64,000 bases of DNA from the human T2T-CHM13v2.0 reference genome, Homo sapiens. Every line of letters begins with the position of its first letter. Position 1 is the stretch's first letter. Position numbers and translations under genes: made by a program. The stretch is taken from NCBI RefSeq assembly GCF_009914755.1, contig NC_060926.1; one strand, written 5' to 3'. The notes under the pieces are model-generated. The model worked only from the letters and a program-made list of their open reading frames with translations. It made no database searches and was not told the DNA's origin. Shown here piece after piece: positions 41,835 through 55,936 of this stretch.

Positions 41835-41873
<39 letters not shown>
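41802..41873. repeat. (CA)n/(CG)n alternating purine-pyrimidine microsatellite
   Basis: 72 bp of uninterrupted alternation, including cgcgcgcacgcgtg. Confidence 0.97.
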
Positions 41874-41875
<2 letters not shown>

Positions 41876-42911
41876 GACCAAGTGGAATTAATACCAGGGG
41901 TGCAAGCTTGCTACAATATTTAAAAGTCAATCATTGTAATCCAACCATATTAAGAGGCTACAGAAGAAAAATATTACCATATTACTACAGAGAAATAATT
42001 AGACAAAATTCACCAACTATTCATAATAAAAATTGTTGGAAAAATAGTGCTAGAAAGGAACTTCTTCAATTTATTAAATAAGAAGCCTACAGGTAACATT
42101 ATACTTAATGGTGAAAGACCAAATGCTTTCCCCCAAAGACTGGAAATAATATAAGGATATCCACTCTCAACCACTCTCATTTAACATAGTGTTTGAAGTT
42201 CTGGCCTGTGCAATAAGACAACAAAAACAGTTTTTTTAAAAAAAGATACAGATTGTAAAGAGAGAGAGAGAGAAAATCGCCACTATTTGTAGATGACATA
42301 ATTGCCAAAATAGAAAATCTCAAGTAATCTATACAAAAACTCTCAGAACTAATAAGTTCAGCAACATCACTAGATAGAATATAAATATACAAAAAAAGAC
42401 ATTTATATGTACTAGTAATGAACATGTGAGTAGTAAAATTAAAAATACAATCATTCAATAAAAAAGAAATATTTGGGTGTAAGTCTATCAAAACATCTAC
42501 AGAGAATAATATACATACTGAAGACTACAAAACATTGATGAAAGCATTTCAAGAAAATCTATATAAATGGAGAGACATACCATATTCATGTATTGGAAGA
42601 CCCAACATAGTAAAGATGTCAATTCTTTCAAGATTAATACTCAGGTTTTCTGTAATTCCTATTACATGACAAGTAATTTTATTTGCAGATATATACAAGA
42701 TTATTCTAAAATTTATAGGTTAAGGCAAATTAACTACAATAGCTAAACAAATATGAAAAAAAGGATAAGGTGGGAAGCATCAGTCTACCCAAATTCAAGA
42801 CTTTATACAGCTGCAGTAATCAAGACTATGTGGTCCTGGAGGACAGACAGACACATAGAACAACAGAATAGAATAGAGAACCCAGAAATAGATCCATACA
42901 AAAATGCCCAA

Positions 42912-43068
42912 GAGCTTTTAGGTGCTCTTCACACAGACACACACAGTCACACAAGGTAACCATGGAAGGTGATGGATAGGTTAATTTGCTTGACTGAAGC
43001 AATCATTTCACTGTTTATGTATATTCAAACATCATGCCATACACCTTAAATATAAACAATAAAAAAAT
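42912..43068 (+). mobile_element. Short L1MA-type 3' terminal fragment
   Basis: ggtaaccatggaaggtgatggataggttaatttgcttgactg...catacaccttaaatataaacaataaaaaaa. Confidence 0.8.
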
Positions 43069-44789
43069 TAACCTAGAGGGACATATTTACAGGATAACCA
43101 TTGGAAAAGCTGTTGGCCAGGCCATTCATTCTGGTCTTAGTCTAGATCTGTATGGTCCAGCCTAAATCACCAGAAAACGATTTTGTGACTAAAACATGCA
43201 TTCCCAGTGGGGCATCATAGCACCCTCAAGGAACAAAAATTGATTCTTTTGGGGTAGAAAAAATTCTACTTATTTTATATATAAAATACAGTTATACATA
43301 TACTACATAAACAGATATGCAGTAGCATCTCTGTGGTAAGAAATTTAATGGAAGTGTCATTAAGGAAAAAAAAGCTTCTTGAGGAATGTGATAGAAGAAC
43401 AGATTGAGAAATATTTCTCTGTAGTAGTAAATAGAATGAATTGATTTTTTAATATATCTTGCTTTGAATCTGTTATAGCAATAGGTGGCTGCTTGACGAT
43501 TTATGAATACAGTATACAGGCCTACTAAAATTTCATGTAATCCTAGCCAACTACTAGCCCAATATTTGAAAATTATACAGTCAGTAATGACTAATATAGG
43601 ACAAAATAAACTTAAAAAATCCATAGCCACTGCAATTAGCTTCATGATTAGACTAGAATCATGAAATGGTTCTATTCAAATAGGGGAGGAAGGGGGAGAG
43701 AGAGAATAAGAGAAAGAAAAAGAAAGAGAGAAAAGAGGTTCTCTCACACGTTTCCAAAACTATCATGATTTTATTTAATGTTTTGTGTTTTACCTCCACA
43801 ACATTTGTGATAATAGTTATTTCCCAGAAAGTACTGCTTTTTTTTTGTTTGTTTGCTTTGTTCTTGTTGTATCACAATTCTTTTTTAATGGAGAATTCAA
43901 GCAGATAAGAGGATTCTGCAGTAATAAATCTTGCAGCACGCCTATAGGAAGGCATACTCTTTAGTGATAGGAGCAAGCTATCAGTAACACGTAGATGTGA
44001 GTGCCCTGGTTTATACAGGTAGAGCAGACATTCTTTTCTAATGATTGATGTTACCGGATCCTGCAGCCTATTGCTCCTTGGCAAGTGCATAAGGGATGCT
44101 ATATGTAACCCATCAACTTCAAATAGCAACTTCACAGAGTTTAATTACTTTAAATACTTATTTAAAAAGTGAAAGGGCTGGTCTCAATACAAATGGACAT
44201 TAATGTTTTAGAATGTAAATGATTGTTTCTTGTGTAAGTAACCTTAAGTAACCCATTTAAGTGATCTGTATCTCATTACAAATGGCAGCCTATTTCACCT
44301 GGAAGGTATTTATGCCCCAAGCTAATAGGCAATCAAGGCTGTGAGAGAAATAGATATCAATGTGCAGTGGGACAAATTCAAGGAACCCAAATTACATTTA
44401 CATTAAACAATCAAGTAAAGCAAATCCCAACAGGGATGCAAAACACAGGGACAGCATTACATATAGGCCAACTAGATGAGACAGAGAGTTATTCTGAAAT
44501 AAAGACCCTTCTTCAAAATCTCTGATTATGCTAAATTTTAAAGGATTGTCAATTGTGCATGCTTTACAGTTGATAATATAAGGATATGTGCCAAAACAAG
44601 ATACACGCATCACAGGAAGTAATCCTAACCTAAAGTCATACGACTAGCAGGAAAGATAATGTGATGTTCAATCACCGAATTTTTCAACCAGAGTTTAATT
44701 TAATAAATTTTTTGGTTGCTGGACTCTAGGAAGTTTATAAGCAAAGAGTAAGGTGGAATATGTACATGATGCCAGTGCAATAATAGCAA

Positions 44790-45225
44790 AGATAAACATT
44801 ACATCAAGGACATGGTTTTGTAGTCAAAATGACCTGCATTCAAAGCCCAGGACAATCTCTTACAGGCTTTGCGTTCTCAGGTAGGATCCACAGAGGTTTA
44901 CTGTAAAGGTCAGATAGTAAATATTTTTTGGCTAGATGAACTACATATGGTCTCTGTTCCGTATTTTGTGTGTGTATATTTGCAACCCTTTCAAAATGTA
45001 AAAATCACAGCCTATATAAAAACAGGCCATAAGATGTATTTGGCCTAAGGGCTGTAGTTTACAAATCCCTGGTCTAAGACAAGTTACTTCTTTTCACTGT
45101 GCCTCAGTTTCTTCACCTTTTTAAATATTAATTTAAATTAAAAGATAATTTCTTCACCTATATTAAATATTAAATAAGCAAATGATTGCAAAGCATCTAA
45201 AATGTGGTATTTGGTCCATAAATGG
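44790..45225 (+). mobile_element. MIR split by a MER58 insertion
   Basis: gacctgcattcaaagcccag before the insert and acaagttactt...ctgtgcctcagtttcttcacct after it. Confidence 0.7.
44878..45071. mobile_element. MER58-like hAT-Charlie MITE
   Basis: ctgtaaaggtcagatagtaaatatttt...tatggtctctgt...aaaaacaggc...tttggcctaagggctgtagttt...ccctg. Confidence 0.8.
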
Positions 45226-45494
45226 TGGTAGCTAGAGTCATTATGGTAGTTGTCATAGTTGGGTGTTCAGTTTTTAAAATTATTATTAATATTATATAAT
45301 AATTATTATATTAGTACTTTAAAATCGTAATTTTATAATTTATTCTTTTAATTCTTTTAATTCTCACAATAACCCTGTTCTTTAGGTATGATTATTATTA
45401 TAATTTTTGAAGATGAGGCTGCAGAGACAATATAAGTGATTTACTCATGTATTTCCCAAATATGAAATAACTAGTAACTAGCAAGGATGGGTTT

Positions 45495-45843
45495 AATTTA
45501 TTTGTCTATTTATTTATTTATTTATTTATTTTGAGGCAGGATCTCACTCTGTCATCCAAGCTGGAGTACAGTGATGCTATCATGGCTTATTGCAGCCTGG
45601 ACCCTCTCAGGCTCCTCCCACCTCAGCATCAGCATCTGATGCTGATGGGCTCCTCCCATCTCAGCACAAGTAGCTGAGACCACAGGTGCACACAACCACA
45701 CCTGGCTAACTTTTTAATTTTTTATAGAGATAGGGTCTCGCTATGTTGCTAAGGCTGGTCTCGAACTCCTAGGCTCAAGCGAATCGTCCTGCCTCGGCCT
45801 CCTAAAGTGCTGGAATTAAAGGTGTGAACCATCGCCCCTGGCC
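45495..45843 (-). mobile_element. AluJ-type with an internal rearrangement
   Basis: (TTTA)n tail and J-type body; 12-bp TSD aaggatgggttt at 45483-45494 and 45845-45856. Confidence 0.94.
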
Positions 45844-46391
45844 AAAGGATGGGTTTTATACATAGGTGGCATGGCTGCACGGTCTGGGGTTTTAACTAGT
45901 GGATCTCACCTCACTAATACTACCTCTCAGCTCACTGTAAATACTTTGTAAATGTCCACAGTTGGAGACAGGAGACACAAGAGCTGAGATATCCCAGTGA
46001 CAGAAGACTGTTAGACTAGCAAGGATAGGTTTAGAACATTAAAAGATCTTCATCTGCAGGAAGAAATAAATTTATCTTCTTCATCTTTTTAAGGGATTCA
46101 TTATCAGAAAATGGAGGCTGTTCATTTAATCCTTGCCTCTGAATGAAGATGCAAAGATAAGTGAAATAATGGAATTTCAACTATGGCAAATTCAGAAGTC
46201 TGTGAGTAACGTTAATGGGTACTTGAGGGCAGGTAGGGTTAGCAATTATATGTCTCAGAGCCATAAGGAAGACTGTGTAGTCTTCAAGTAATGAGACATC
46301 CAGTTTTCCATAACTTTCTCTCGGTTGAAAACAAGTAATAAAACTCACCAATTTACCTACAGACATGCAGCTTAATGGTTGTTTATGAAGA

Positions 46392-46831
46392 TGTGGAAAT
46401 AAATAAAGGCCACCTAAAAGGGAACACGCAGAGTCTATTTATTCAGAGTTTGCTGTTGCAAGGGCATCAGCCACCATTATTTACATCTGGTGGAGACTCA
46501 AAGGCAGGCAGAGGAGTGGGAAAGCTTTATAGTTAGGAGAAGGAAGGTATCAGTCACGCTCTGATTGGAAATTGTTGTCATAGGGAAGGTGGAGACAAGC
46601 TATCTAGAAGTTACATTTTATATGATTGGTTCGGGGAATATAATTGCCTTTCTCTGGCTAGTCCCAAGTTGGAAACAGGGCGAAAAAAAAAAATGAGGAA
46701 TCTAGCACTCGTTGACCAAGTTTTGACTGTTTGGGGCTTACTGCTGCAGAGGTTGTAGGTGGAGTTCTATTATCATATATCATATCATATATCATCTGAC
46801 CATTGTTCGTTTGTATATTCAGTATCTCACA
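46392..46831 (-). mobile_element. ERV1-class solo LTR (MER90/MER89-like)
   Basis: TG...CA ends; the reverse complement starts tgtgagatactgaatatacaaacgaacaatggtcag...gataatagaactc; CCAAT boxes and AATAAA lie on the minus strand. Confidence 0.7.
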
Positions 46832-47669
46832 GACCAATTTAAAAAGAACATAGTGCAATTTTCAAGCCTATGTAGAACATTTTTCAGGGATAAGAATGAC
46901 TATAGTGGAAGTACAACAGAGAAAATGGCAAGAGTTAGTTATTCAGAATCACAAAGTTAGTCATTCCAAGATCTGTTCTAGCTCTCAGTACCTGTACAAT
47001 AAAACAAAGTATACAAGTCAGGACATAGATGGAGCTTCCGTGTCAGCTCATGCCACCACATTTCCCATCATGGGCAAGTGACAGGTTGAACCCCAGGCAC
47101 TGGTTGTTCTCAAGTATGTATTTTGCCTCCCTTTCACATGAGGTGAATCCTGGATATGGGTCTGTTCTGTGCAGGACGTAAAGGATGATAATAGAGAATG
47201 GAGTTTCCATAAAGTCAAAGAGTACACAGTTAGGGGTTGATAAAATTGAAGGCAATTTGATTAGTATGTAAGAAGGATGTTAAGCAAATAAGAATGGAGT
47301 GGGGTAGATTTGCCTGGGATGGTAGTGGACTTGGGAGGGTTAGGGTATCAAAGAGTTACAACAAGCCAGTAAACTGTAGATGGGAATAAATTTTTGAGAA
47401 ACTGACAAGGGCCCCCATTAGCTCTTTATGAACACATAGGTGGTCTTTGCATATGAATGAAGAGGGCGTTTAAATGAGCTAAAACAACATAAACAGCCAC
47501 GGTTGGGAGCACATCACATGTTAAAAAATCATAGGTGTTGCTACTGTTATTTTCAATAGTTATTAAACACCTAGGCAAGAGAACCACATAGATGCCATAT
47601 GTATCTTCTGAGATGCTGTACAGTTACACATTTGTGCTAATGGAAGGTACAATAAATTGAAAGAACGTT

Positions 47670-47845
47670 AATCCTTCACTCATTGGTTATTCATCTCTAA
47701 AGCAGGATATTGATAACACCTACATCATAGGGATGTTGTGACTTTTCAATGAATCAATAATGTGACATTCTGAAAGAGTACTTGGCACAGACAAAATGCT
47801 ATATAAGCATTAGATATTATTATTATTATTACTATTATTATTCAA
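47670..47845 (+). mobile_element. MIR 3' half
   Basis: gataacacctacatcatagggatgttgtga...gtacttggcacagacaaaatgct...tattattatt. Confidence 0.8.
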
Positions 47846-48786
47846 TAAGCTTTGGGAACTTCACAGAAGACCACGAAACAAAGACATAAGACACAGTCCC
47901 AGCCAAAGAAGTTTATGGATGAGAGAGGGAATGAGGGATATAAGCAAATAATTACAACACAACCAAAGTGCCATGTTTAGGGTTATATACAATGTACCAC
48001 AGTAGCGCAGAGGAAAAAAGTCACAACTGGGTATATCAACCCTGGGACTAGGATACCCTATTGGTGCAATTTCATGAATATTGAAATCACAAGGTTGCTT
48101 TCCGTTATAATATAAGCATCGGAGATGGCATCTGATTAAACTTGACCTGAGTGAACTTTCAAAAGAATTAATTCTGATATAAGAGATGGGTGAAGGGTTT
48201 GCTTTTTAAAATTTATAATTTAGAAGCTCTCTAATTTTCCTCTAATTTAACTCAAACTACTTTAAATTGAAACATGTCTCCATGGGGCTGGTCTGTATTA
48301 ATTGAGTATTTGCATATGCAATTCATAATTGCTGCCAAGATTTTAAAGTTATTTATGCCAGTTATTGCTCTCGCAGATGAAATTAAGGGTACTCCAAAAG
48401 ATAACACTATTTATTAAATTCAAACATATCATTTAACCCTCAAAATACTCATTTCATAAAGGAATCACCAACTCCATTTAACAAAAGACATATCAAGAGG
48501 TTGAGTAACTTCCTGAAAAATATTTATCACAAATGTATTTAAACTCATGGATATCTAATTCTGAACATAAAACTTTGGTATTTCTTTTAAAACCCATGCT
48601 GCTTCCTGAAACATAATCATCAACAATGATTGTCTAAATTAATAGAACTAAATACTGATAAAGATATTTCTGGTATCTAGTCATAGTATTATACAGGCCT
48701 ATTCACATTCATTCACATTTATGCACAAGTATACATACTACATTCAAATTAATAATTAAGACAATATATTTAAGTTTTCAAAATCA

Positions 48787-49159
<373 letters not shown>

Positions 49160-49177
49160 TTTACAAGAATCTCTGAT

Positions 49178-49460
49178 AATTATTATTATTATTTTTGAGA
49201 CAGAGTCTCCCTTTGTCACCCAGACTGGAGTGCAGTGACACAATCTCCTCTCACTTCAATCTCCGTCTCCTGGGTTCATGCGATTCTCTCGCCTGTCTCC
49301 AGAGTAGCTGGGATTATAGGCCTGTGCCACCAAGCCCAGCTCATTTTTGTATTTTAGTACATAGGGGGTTGTAGGCTGGTTTTGAACTCCTCACCTCAAA
49401 TGATCCATCGGCCTCGGTCTCCCAAAGTGCTAGGATTACATGTGTGAGCCCCCACGCCCT
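49178..49460 (-). mobile_element. Alu (AluS-type) with small deletions
   Basis: (TAT)n tail and reverse Alu body; 13-bp TSD aagaatctctgat at 49165-49177 and 49461-49473. Confidence 0.96.
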
Positions 49461-49479
49461 AAGAATCTCTGATTTTTTT

Positions 49480-51700
49480 AAATGAGAATATAGATAAAAT
49501 CAAATACATCAATGAATTAGAAATACAATATATATGACCATGTCTAGTGAATGCAAAGCAGGGTTATTTTAGAATTTCTGATAACCAAAAAAGCCAAATT
49601 AATAATATTAATGATGTAAAAAATATTTTTTGATAAAACAACACTAATTCTTGATAAAAATATAGCAGCAACCAAGAATAGAACAGCACTACCTTTGTCT
49701 GAAAAATATTTATCAAGACCTATGGCAAAACAATATTTAATGAAAATGTTAGAAGCATTATCTTTAAAATCAGGGGGAAGACAAGCATGCAATTATCTTT
49801 GTTTCTACTAATCATTCTACTGGAGATCTAATAGTTATTAACTCACCACTTTATGTGATAAGATTTTTAAAAATAAAGTTATATCATGGTAAAGAAATAG
49901 ATGTCATCTATGCAAAAAGTGTATTGGTTTCCTCCAGACTGGTATATTTAGTCAGTGTAATTTCTATCAAAACTCCATTTTTTTGCTACTTCTAAATTTA
50001 TATTGATAAGCAAAACATATATGAATTTTTATGGAGGAAATATAGTCCTTTTTAGAGAAGAGGAATACATTTGAGAGCCTAGAAGTTAAATATAATATTT
50101 TATATAAATATGTATCATATAATATATAAATACCTATGTATATTTCAAAGTGCGATATGTAATAGATTCAGTGATACATGACACTGAGAACAAATTAGAA
50201 TGCTTCTAACATAAACTATAATAATTCCAAGGAGGAGCAAGAGGTTACCCCAAAAATATGATACAATTATAAGTTTGGGTCCATACAGAATTTTTAACAA
50301 GGCATACACACTCTAAAACAAAAAGGGCTAATTTCAAATAAACAAAGTTATCCTAAATGCCAGAGGTACCTCAAAAAATGGAAAATAAAAGTCACTAGCT
50401 GGGAGAGGAAACATAAGATCCAAACAACTGAAAAAAGAGTGAATCCTTACAGAATATTTTAAAAAAATAAAAGCAAATTCTCCTCTATTTTTAAAGAAAG
50501 ACACAGCTCAGTAGAGAATGAGCAAAATGCATGAGTAGGTATTTCACAAAAGAGGTCACAGAACTGACCAATAAAAATGAAAATGCATAAAACATTATTA
50601 GGATTCAGGAAATCCATACTAACACGACACCGCCATTCCATTTAATGAAAACCACGCTGGCAAAAATGAAAAGATCACCGTGTTTTGGGAGATCATGCAC
50701 TAATGTAGAATTCCTGGCTACTGCTCCAGAATATGTAAATTTTTATAACACCGTTGATAAACAGGTATTGCCTAGTAAAACCATAGCCATGCATATCCCA
50801 AAATCCCAGCACTTCTCTTCTTAGGTATGTTGTCCAGAGAAAAGTCTGTAATCTGTGCACTAAGAAGGATTCACATGAGGGAAAACTGTAGCTATGCTTG
50901 AGCAGCAGAATTCTGGAAACAATCTAAGCATCCATCAACCAGGAGAACAGATAAACAAATTGGGTTTCACAATGGAATATCATGCAGCAGACCAATGAAT
51001 GAAATAACACCACATTCATAAACTTTAATGAACCTCAGAAATAAAATGATGCATTAAAAAAGCAAATCAAAGATGAGTATATATCCTATATAATTTCACA
51101 TAAAGTTCAAAAACATCAACATAGTTTTAAGGATTATGCAAGCATAATAGAACTATGCAAAAAAGCAGGGAAATAGAAACATAAAATTTAGGGGAGTCTT
51201 TGATTTCCCCTCCTGGAGGAGAGGGAGGAATGCCTGGTGAGATTTGCATTCAAAGAAAGATACTCAGAGGATTTTAATTATATCAATAATATTCCATTTC
51301 TTACTCTGTGTGGTAAGTCTTGGGTATATGTTTTATTAATCTTAATGTTTTATTTATGTTATATTATTTTTTATGTATTATTTCATAATAAAGATGCTCT
51401 TTAAAAAGCTTTAAGAAGTCATCTCTAAGATATATTGTTAAGTGCAAAATTTAAAAATAACATCAAGAAGTTCAAGCCTGGGTGTATAAAATGCTCAGTT
51501 TTACATGTACAAAAATATTACTTAGGTATATTTCCTCATCTATTAAAGTAAATTAGCTCTAGAAGTAAGAGATAAAAATGTGTTTGTATGTCTCTCATAC
51601 GAGTGGAAGGAAAAATTTCCACTGCACACCTTTTTGTTCCTGAGCTATTTAAATCTTACATATTCAATTATAAATGACAAAAATAAATATATAAAATTTA
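49480..51700 (+). mobile_element. Very old L1 (L1ME-like) ORF2/3' remnant
   Basis: ttagaagcattatctttaaaatcagggggaagacaagcatgc, cagcacttctcttcttaggtat, tggaaacaatctaagcatccatcaac, cacaatggaatatcatgcagcag. Confidence 0.7.
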
Positions 51701-51834
51701 AGCACTATTTTGCAGATTTTCTTATGTAATAGCAGTCTTAGGTAGGTAATTACATTTTACATCTGAGGAGATTTCAAACCAGAAAGGTTAAAAATCACAC
51801 TGAAAATCACAGTATAGTGACAGAGTCAGACCCA

Positions 51835-52360
51835 AATTCATTCTTCCTTTAGCAAATATTCATTGAGAACCAGCTATGTTCCAGAAACTGGCCAGATTTT
51901 TTGGATGTATAAGCAAACAAAACAAGGAACTCGACCCTCATAGAACTAAATTCCAGGGCCAGGAAATGAGGATAAAATATAAACAGGATAGATAAATAAG
52001 CAAATAATACACCATGTTAGAACGTCATAAATTCTAGGGCATGATGATGGGGTAGTGGGGTAAAGAGGCCTGGTAGGGGGAAGGCAGGGTGACATTGCAG
52101 TGTTAAATAAGGCAGTCAGGACAAACGTCATCCAGCAGGTGAGGAATGAGAAAAGACTTGAAGGCGATGAGTGAGTGAGCCAAGCCAGTTGGTAGGTGGA
52201 GAGTGTGCCAGACAGCAGAAGCAAGGCCCTATGAAGTGGGTTTGGCATCCAGGCTGGCAAAGTCAATTGGTGATTTGAAGGTTCATTACTATCATCACTG
52301 CAATACTGTACCCATAGAAATATCATGGAAATCATGAGCAAGGATGAGGTGCAGAGGCTT
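51835..52360 (-). mobile_element. L2 LINE 3' end
   Basis: attcattcttcctttagcaaatattcattgagaaccagctatgttccag...accctcatagaactaaattccag...cagcagaagcaaggccct. Confidence 0.8.
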
Positions 52361-55300
52361 GAAGTCTCTCCCATCTTTGCTATCATCCACATATGTGGTC
52401 CAAGCTTATGGAGAACATATGAAATACTTTCTGTTAAAGATTAAATGCATTTATTCCAGAACAAAGGAAATAGAAAAAAAAAAGTATTGTCTAAGTCTAA
52501 GTCACTTTTTTTCTAGCAGATTTTTAAAACAAAGGTGGGAGGTAAAATCCTCTCTTTCCAGGAAAGTTGCTCAAGGAAAAGCATATTTTCTCATTTTTTT
52601 TTAAAAAAAGTAGCAGCCTATAAAGAGGAAATAAGGTGGTCAATATTAAAAATGTAACTTTAAGTTAAAGGGGGAGATAAATCAGTTCACATTCTTCCTG
52701 GGGGGATTTGTAAAGGAAAAGGGAGAAAGAACAGGACTTGCAACTTTTATCCTTACAAACTTTGCTGCTGTAAGGACTTAAGTTGTTTAATCTCTCTACA
52801 TACTGCCGATTTTCTTGACCTTGCAAAAGTCATTCAGTATCTGTTCATGTATCTGTGAAAACAAGGGCAATGATCTCTCCTCTCTCTGGATTCTTTGTGA
52901 TAATTTAGTGACTTTGATCTCTAATACCAACTACTATTATGTTCATTACATTTTTTCTCAAAACTCACACCACTGACCTAATAATGGACAAAGTGACAGC
53001 CATGTCTATAGCCACTTGCAACAAGACTCTCCATAGCCTCATATTGCAGGATAATGAAGAGAAATTACAAGTGGTTAGAGAGCTGCAACTACCTAGAAGA
53101 GAATCCGGGAACAGAATAAAAGGAACAGTCCCCATGATGTCCTTATAAATGTGCCACTAGTCTAACGGGAGAGAAGGCATGCTTCCTAGTTAATTTTCCA
53201 TATTAGGGTAATGAGAAGAAATAGACAAACTGCCAGCAGATTCATTTGGCTAATGTTTCAGCCAGCAGACCTGGCACAGCTCCTACTAAAAGGGGTTAAA
53301 GGTGAACAAAAATCTATATAATTCTAAGCTGCTTCTTTTGGCCTTACAAAATAGCAGAGTAGGGCCACTATGGATAGTGCTTTGGGGATGATACCAATCA
53401 TTTATAGTTCATTTCTACTACCATATTCTGATTTTTGAAAAAGATTTTATTGTAATAAAACTCTGCTGGCTGAAATATACCTAGAGCATCAAACCTTGCA
53501 TTATGCTTTCCATTTCTATGAATAGCTCCCTGGACAGTTGAATAAATATCCATTTTGTGAATTCTCATTCTGCTTGTTTTCAAAATGCAATAGTGAGTAT
53601 TTATCTTTCAAGTTAAATAGCAACTATTCAACCTAAAGATGAAATTCCCTTAGAATTTTGACAAGTAACAAACAAACATAATATAAATATGCAGTAAGTA
53701 CTTTTCTTATAGAATGGAAAAACTGCTTACGTCCAGTACAAATGCTTCATCCTTAGTGTAGCCGTGGAATGACTAGCTAAAGGATTATACTTATTAGGTC
53801 GAAACATTAAAGATCCCCTAGGAATACAAGATTGGTTATGAAGCATTTATATGGCATATTTTTCTAAAATGCTTTACAATCATTAGCTGTTCCTGACAAT
53901 GGCTCTGTGAGAATTGTGAAGTGGATTACTATCCACCAGGTGCTGCACTGGGGAGTCAGGATGGAGAATATCTGCCTGAAAATTACCCAGGTTGATCATC
54001 CATGGCAGGAGTTGGGCTGAGATTAAAACATAAAGTTACTAGATCCACAGTCAATTCATTGACCATGCTCTTCATTTGAGAAAACACTTAATGCTTGTTT
54101 CCCACTTTGTTCCTTTAAATTGCTACAATTCCAGGGTTATTTCAGAGAACTCTCTTTTCGCAATAATTATAAGAATTTAAAGATAGCAATTATCCATAAA
54201 TGAATTACCTTTTACTGATTATCCGTCATACCTATGAGTAATAAGCATGGCTTAATGGAAAGAGGACATGATATGGAGTCAAGCCTACCTCTGCCATTTA
54301 TAAAGAGGTTTGGGCAAGTAACTTTACTATTTTTACTCATCTGAATAATAAGAGATTTGGAACTACTGATTTCTAAAGTCATTTCTAGCATTAAAATCCA
54401 GTTATTTTATATTATTCACAGTCATATAACAGTATGTTCAAAAAATTACATCTTTTTCTCTGGATTATCTTCTGAAAAAAATAAATAAACCTATCTAGTA
54501 TTCAAGCTTATATTTTAGTGATTGCCATTTTTGGCAACATCATTATGTTGGGGCTGGCAAAATCCCTGCTATTGACTGTAACTTGGTTACTGTAACAAAT
54601 TCATATCAATGAGAAAGCATAAGGTGAAGACACAGGTGGCTGACCAGGAATTGTAAGTAAATACATGACCCATTGTAGATGTTAATGAAATTCATTAAAT
54701 TTATCCTGAATAGAAGATAACTAGAAACGTACTCTGGTACTAATTACTTTTCAAAACTATAAGTAAATAGTCCAAAATTGTTTTCAGCTCACTTTACTTA
54801 GTGTAAACAATTCAGTATGTAGGGTAAAGTGCAAATATCCTTAAGCAAGCCATTAGGAGTTTCAGTAGGTGCTTAACACTTGAGTAATAATTAATTTATG
54901 CAGTTTACTAATCCAACTATAAAACATCTGTGGTGGGCAGGAGGTTTACAGCTGGAGTCTCATTAAGGGAGAGCAGATATGGATAACCAGCAAGAATGCT
55001 GGTGAGGAAGTGATTCTAGAACCCTACAGATGATGCCAAGTGGAATCTTTCAATGCCTTTTTTTACCTTTTGGTTAGCTTTGGTGTCACCAAATCTTATG
55101 TAGGAAGTTGAATTATTGGTGTCAATTCTTCACTCTCTTGTTTGGAAATTTTGCATCTGCATCCTTGCTATGTCCTCATGGTGAAATCACATGCCTTTTT
55201 ACTTGCTTTTTTCAATCAATGTGATGAAAAAAGGTGACTAGGTGACTTGCTTTTTTCAATCAATGTGATGACTGATTTTTGTTGGTAGGAGATTTTTACC

Positions 55301-55936
55301 AAGTATCAAAAATTCTTGTATATAATTCTTCAATAACTTTTCAAATTGCTCTGATTCCATAATGGAATACTAATAGTATTAAAATATAATAAGTCATAAT
55401 ATTATCATTCATAGTATTTTTATCTTCACTTGCATTAATATTCTCTCCAAAGCCAAACATAGTCCATCATGGCTCAGCAGACCAAGAATATATGCAATGG
55501 ACTGGGAATTAAGCCCTACCTGAACAAGTGGCAATAACATTTACATCTGCTGACATAGCATTTTCTTACCCTTTATACCTCTAAATATCCTTCATGCCAC
55601 TATATGGGCCTTGCTTTCATGAAGGTAAGATATTTGCTTTGAGGTTGAGAAAGTTTCTGAAAATTCAAGCTGTTACTGCAAGTAACTGCATTTCTTGCTG
55701 ACAGAGTCTCATAAAGAGTGGAAGAAATTTGAAGATAGAATTTGGTCTAGCCAGGAAGAGGATTTCATTTTAGGAGTTGGAGTAGACTTACGTAGGGTCT
55801 CAAATTATAAGGCAGCTGAACCCATACCCATATATAGAGATAAATCCTTGGTTTCTTATCCTTGATTAGGGATTTCTTTGCAGAAACAGGGATGCATTAC
55901 TTAAAGAACTTCAGTGGAAAGAACTGGCTTAGAAAA

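Noticed and set aside
51946-52392. 148-aa minus-strand ORF
   Set aside because: It overlaps the L2 3' remnant and shows no protein-like features.
53930-53950. CTCF-like ccaccaggtgctgc
   Set aside because: It mismatches the conserved G-rich core and lies in or near a MIR-like remnant, so it is not supportable from sequence alone.
55201-55271. Repeat-spacer-repeat resembling CRISPR
   Set aside because: Only two copies, a 17-bp locally templated spacer, primate DNA and no cas genes.
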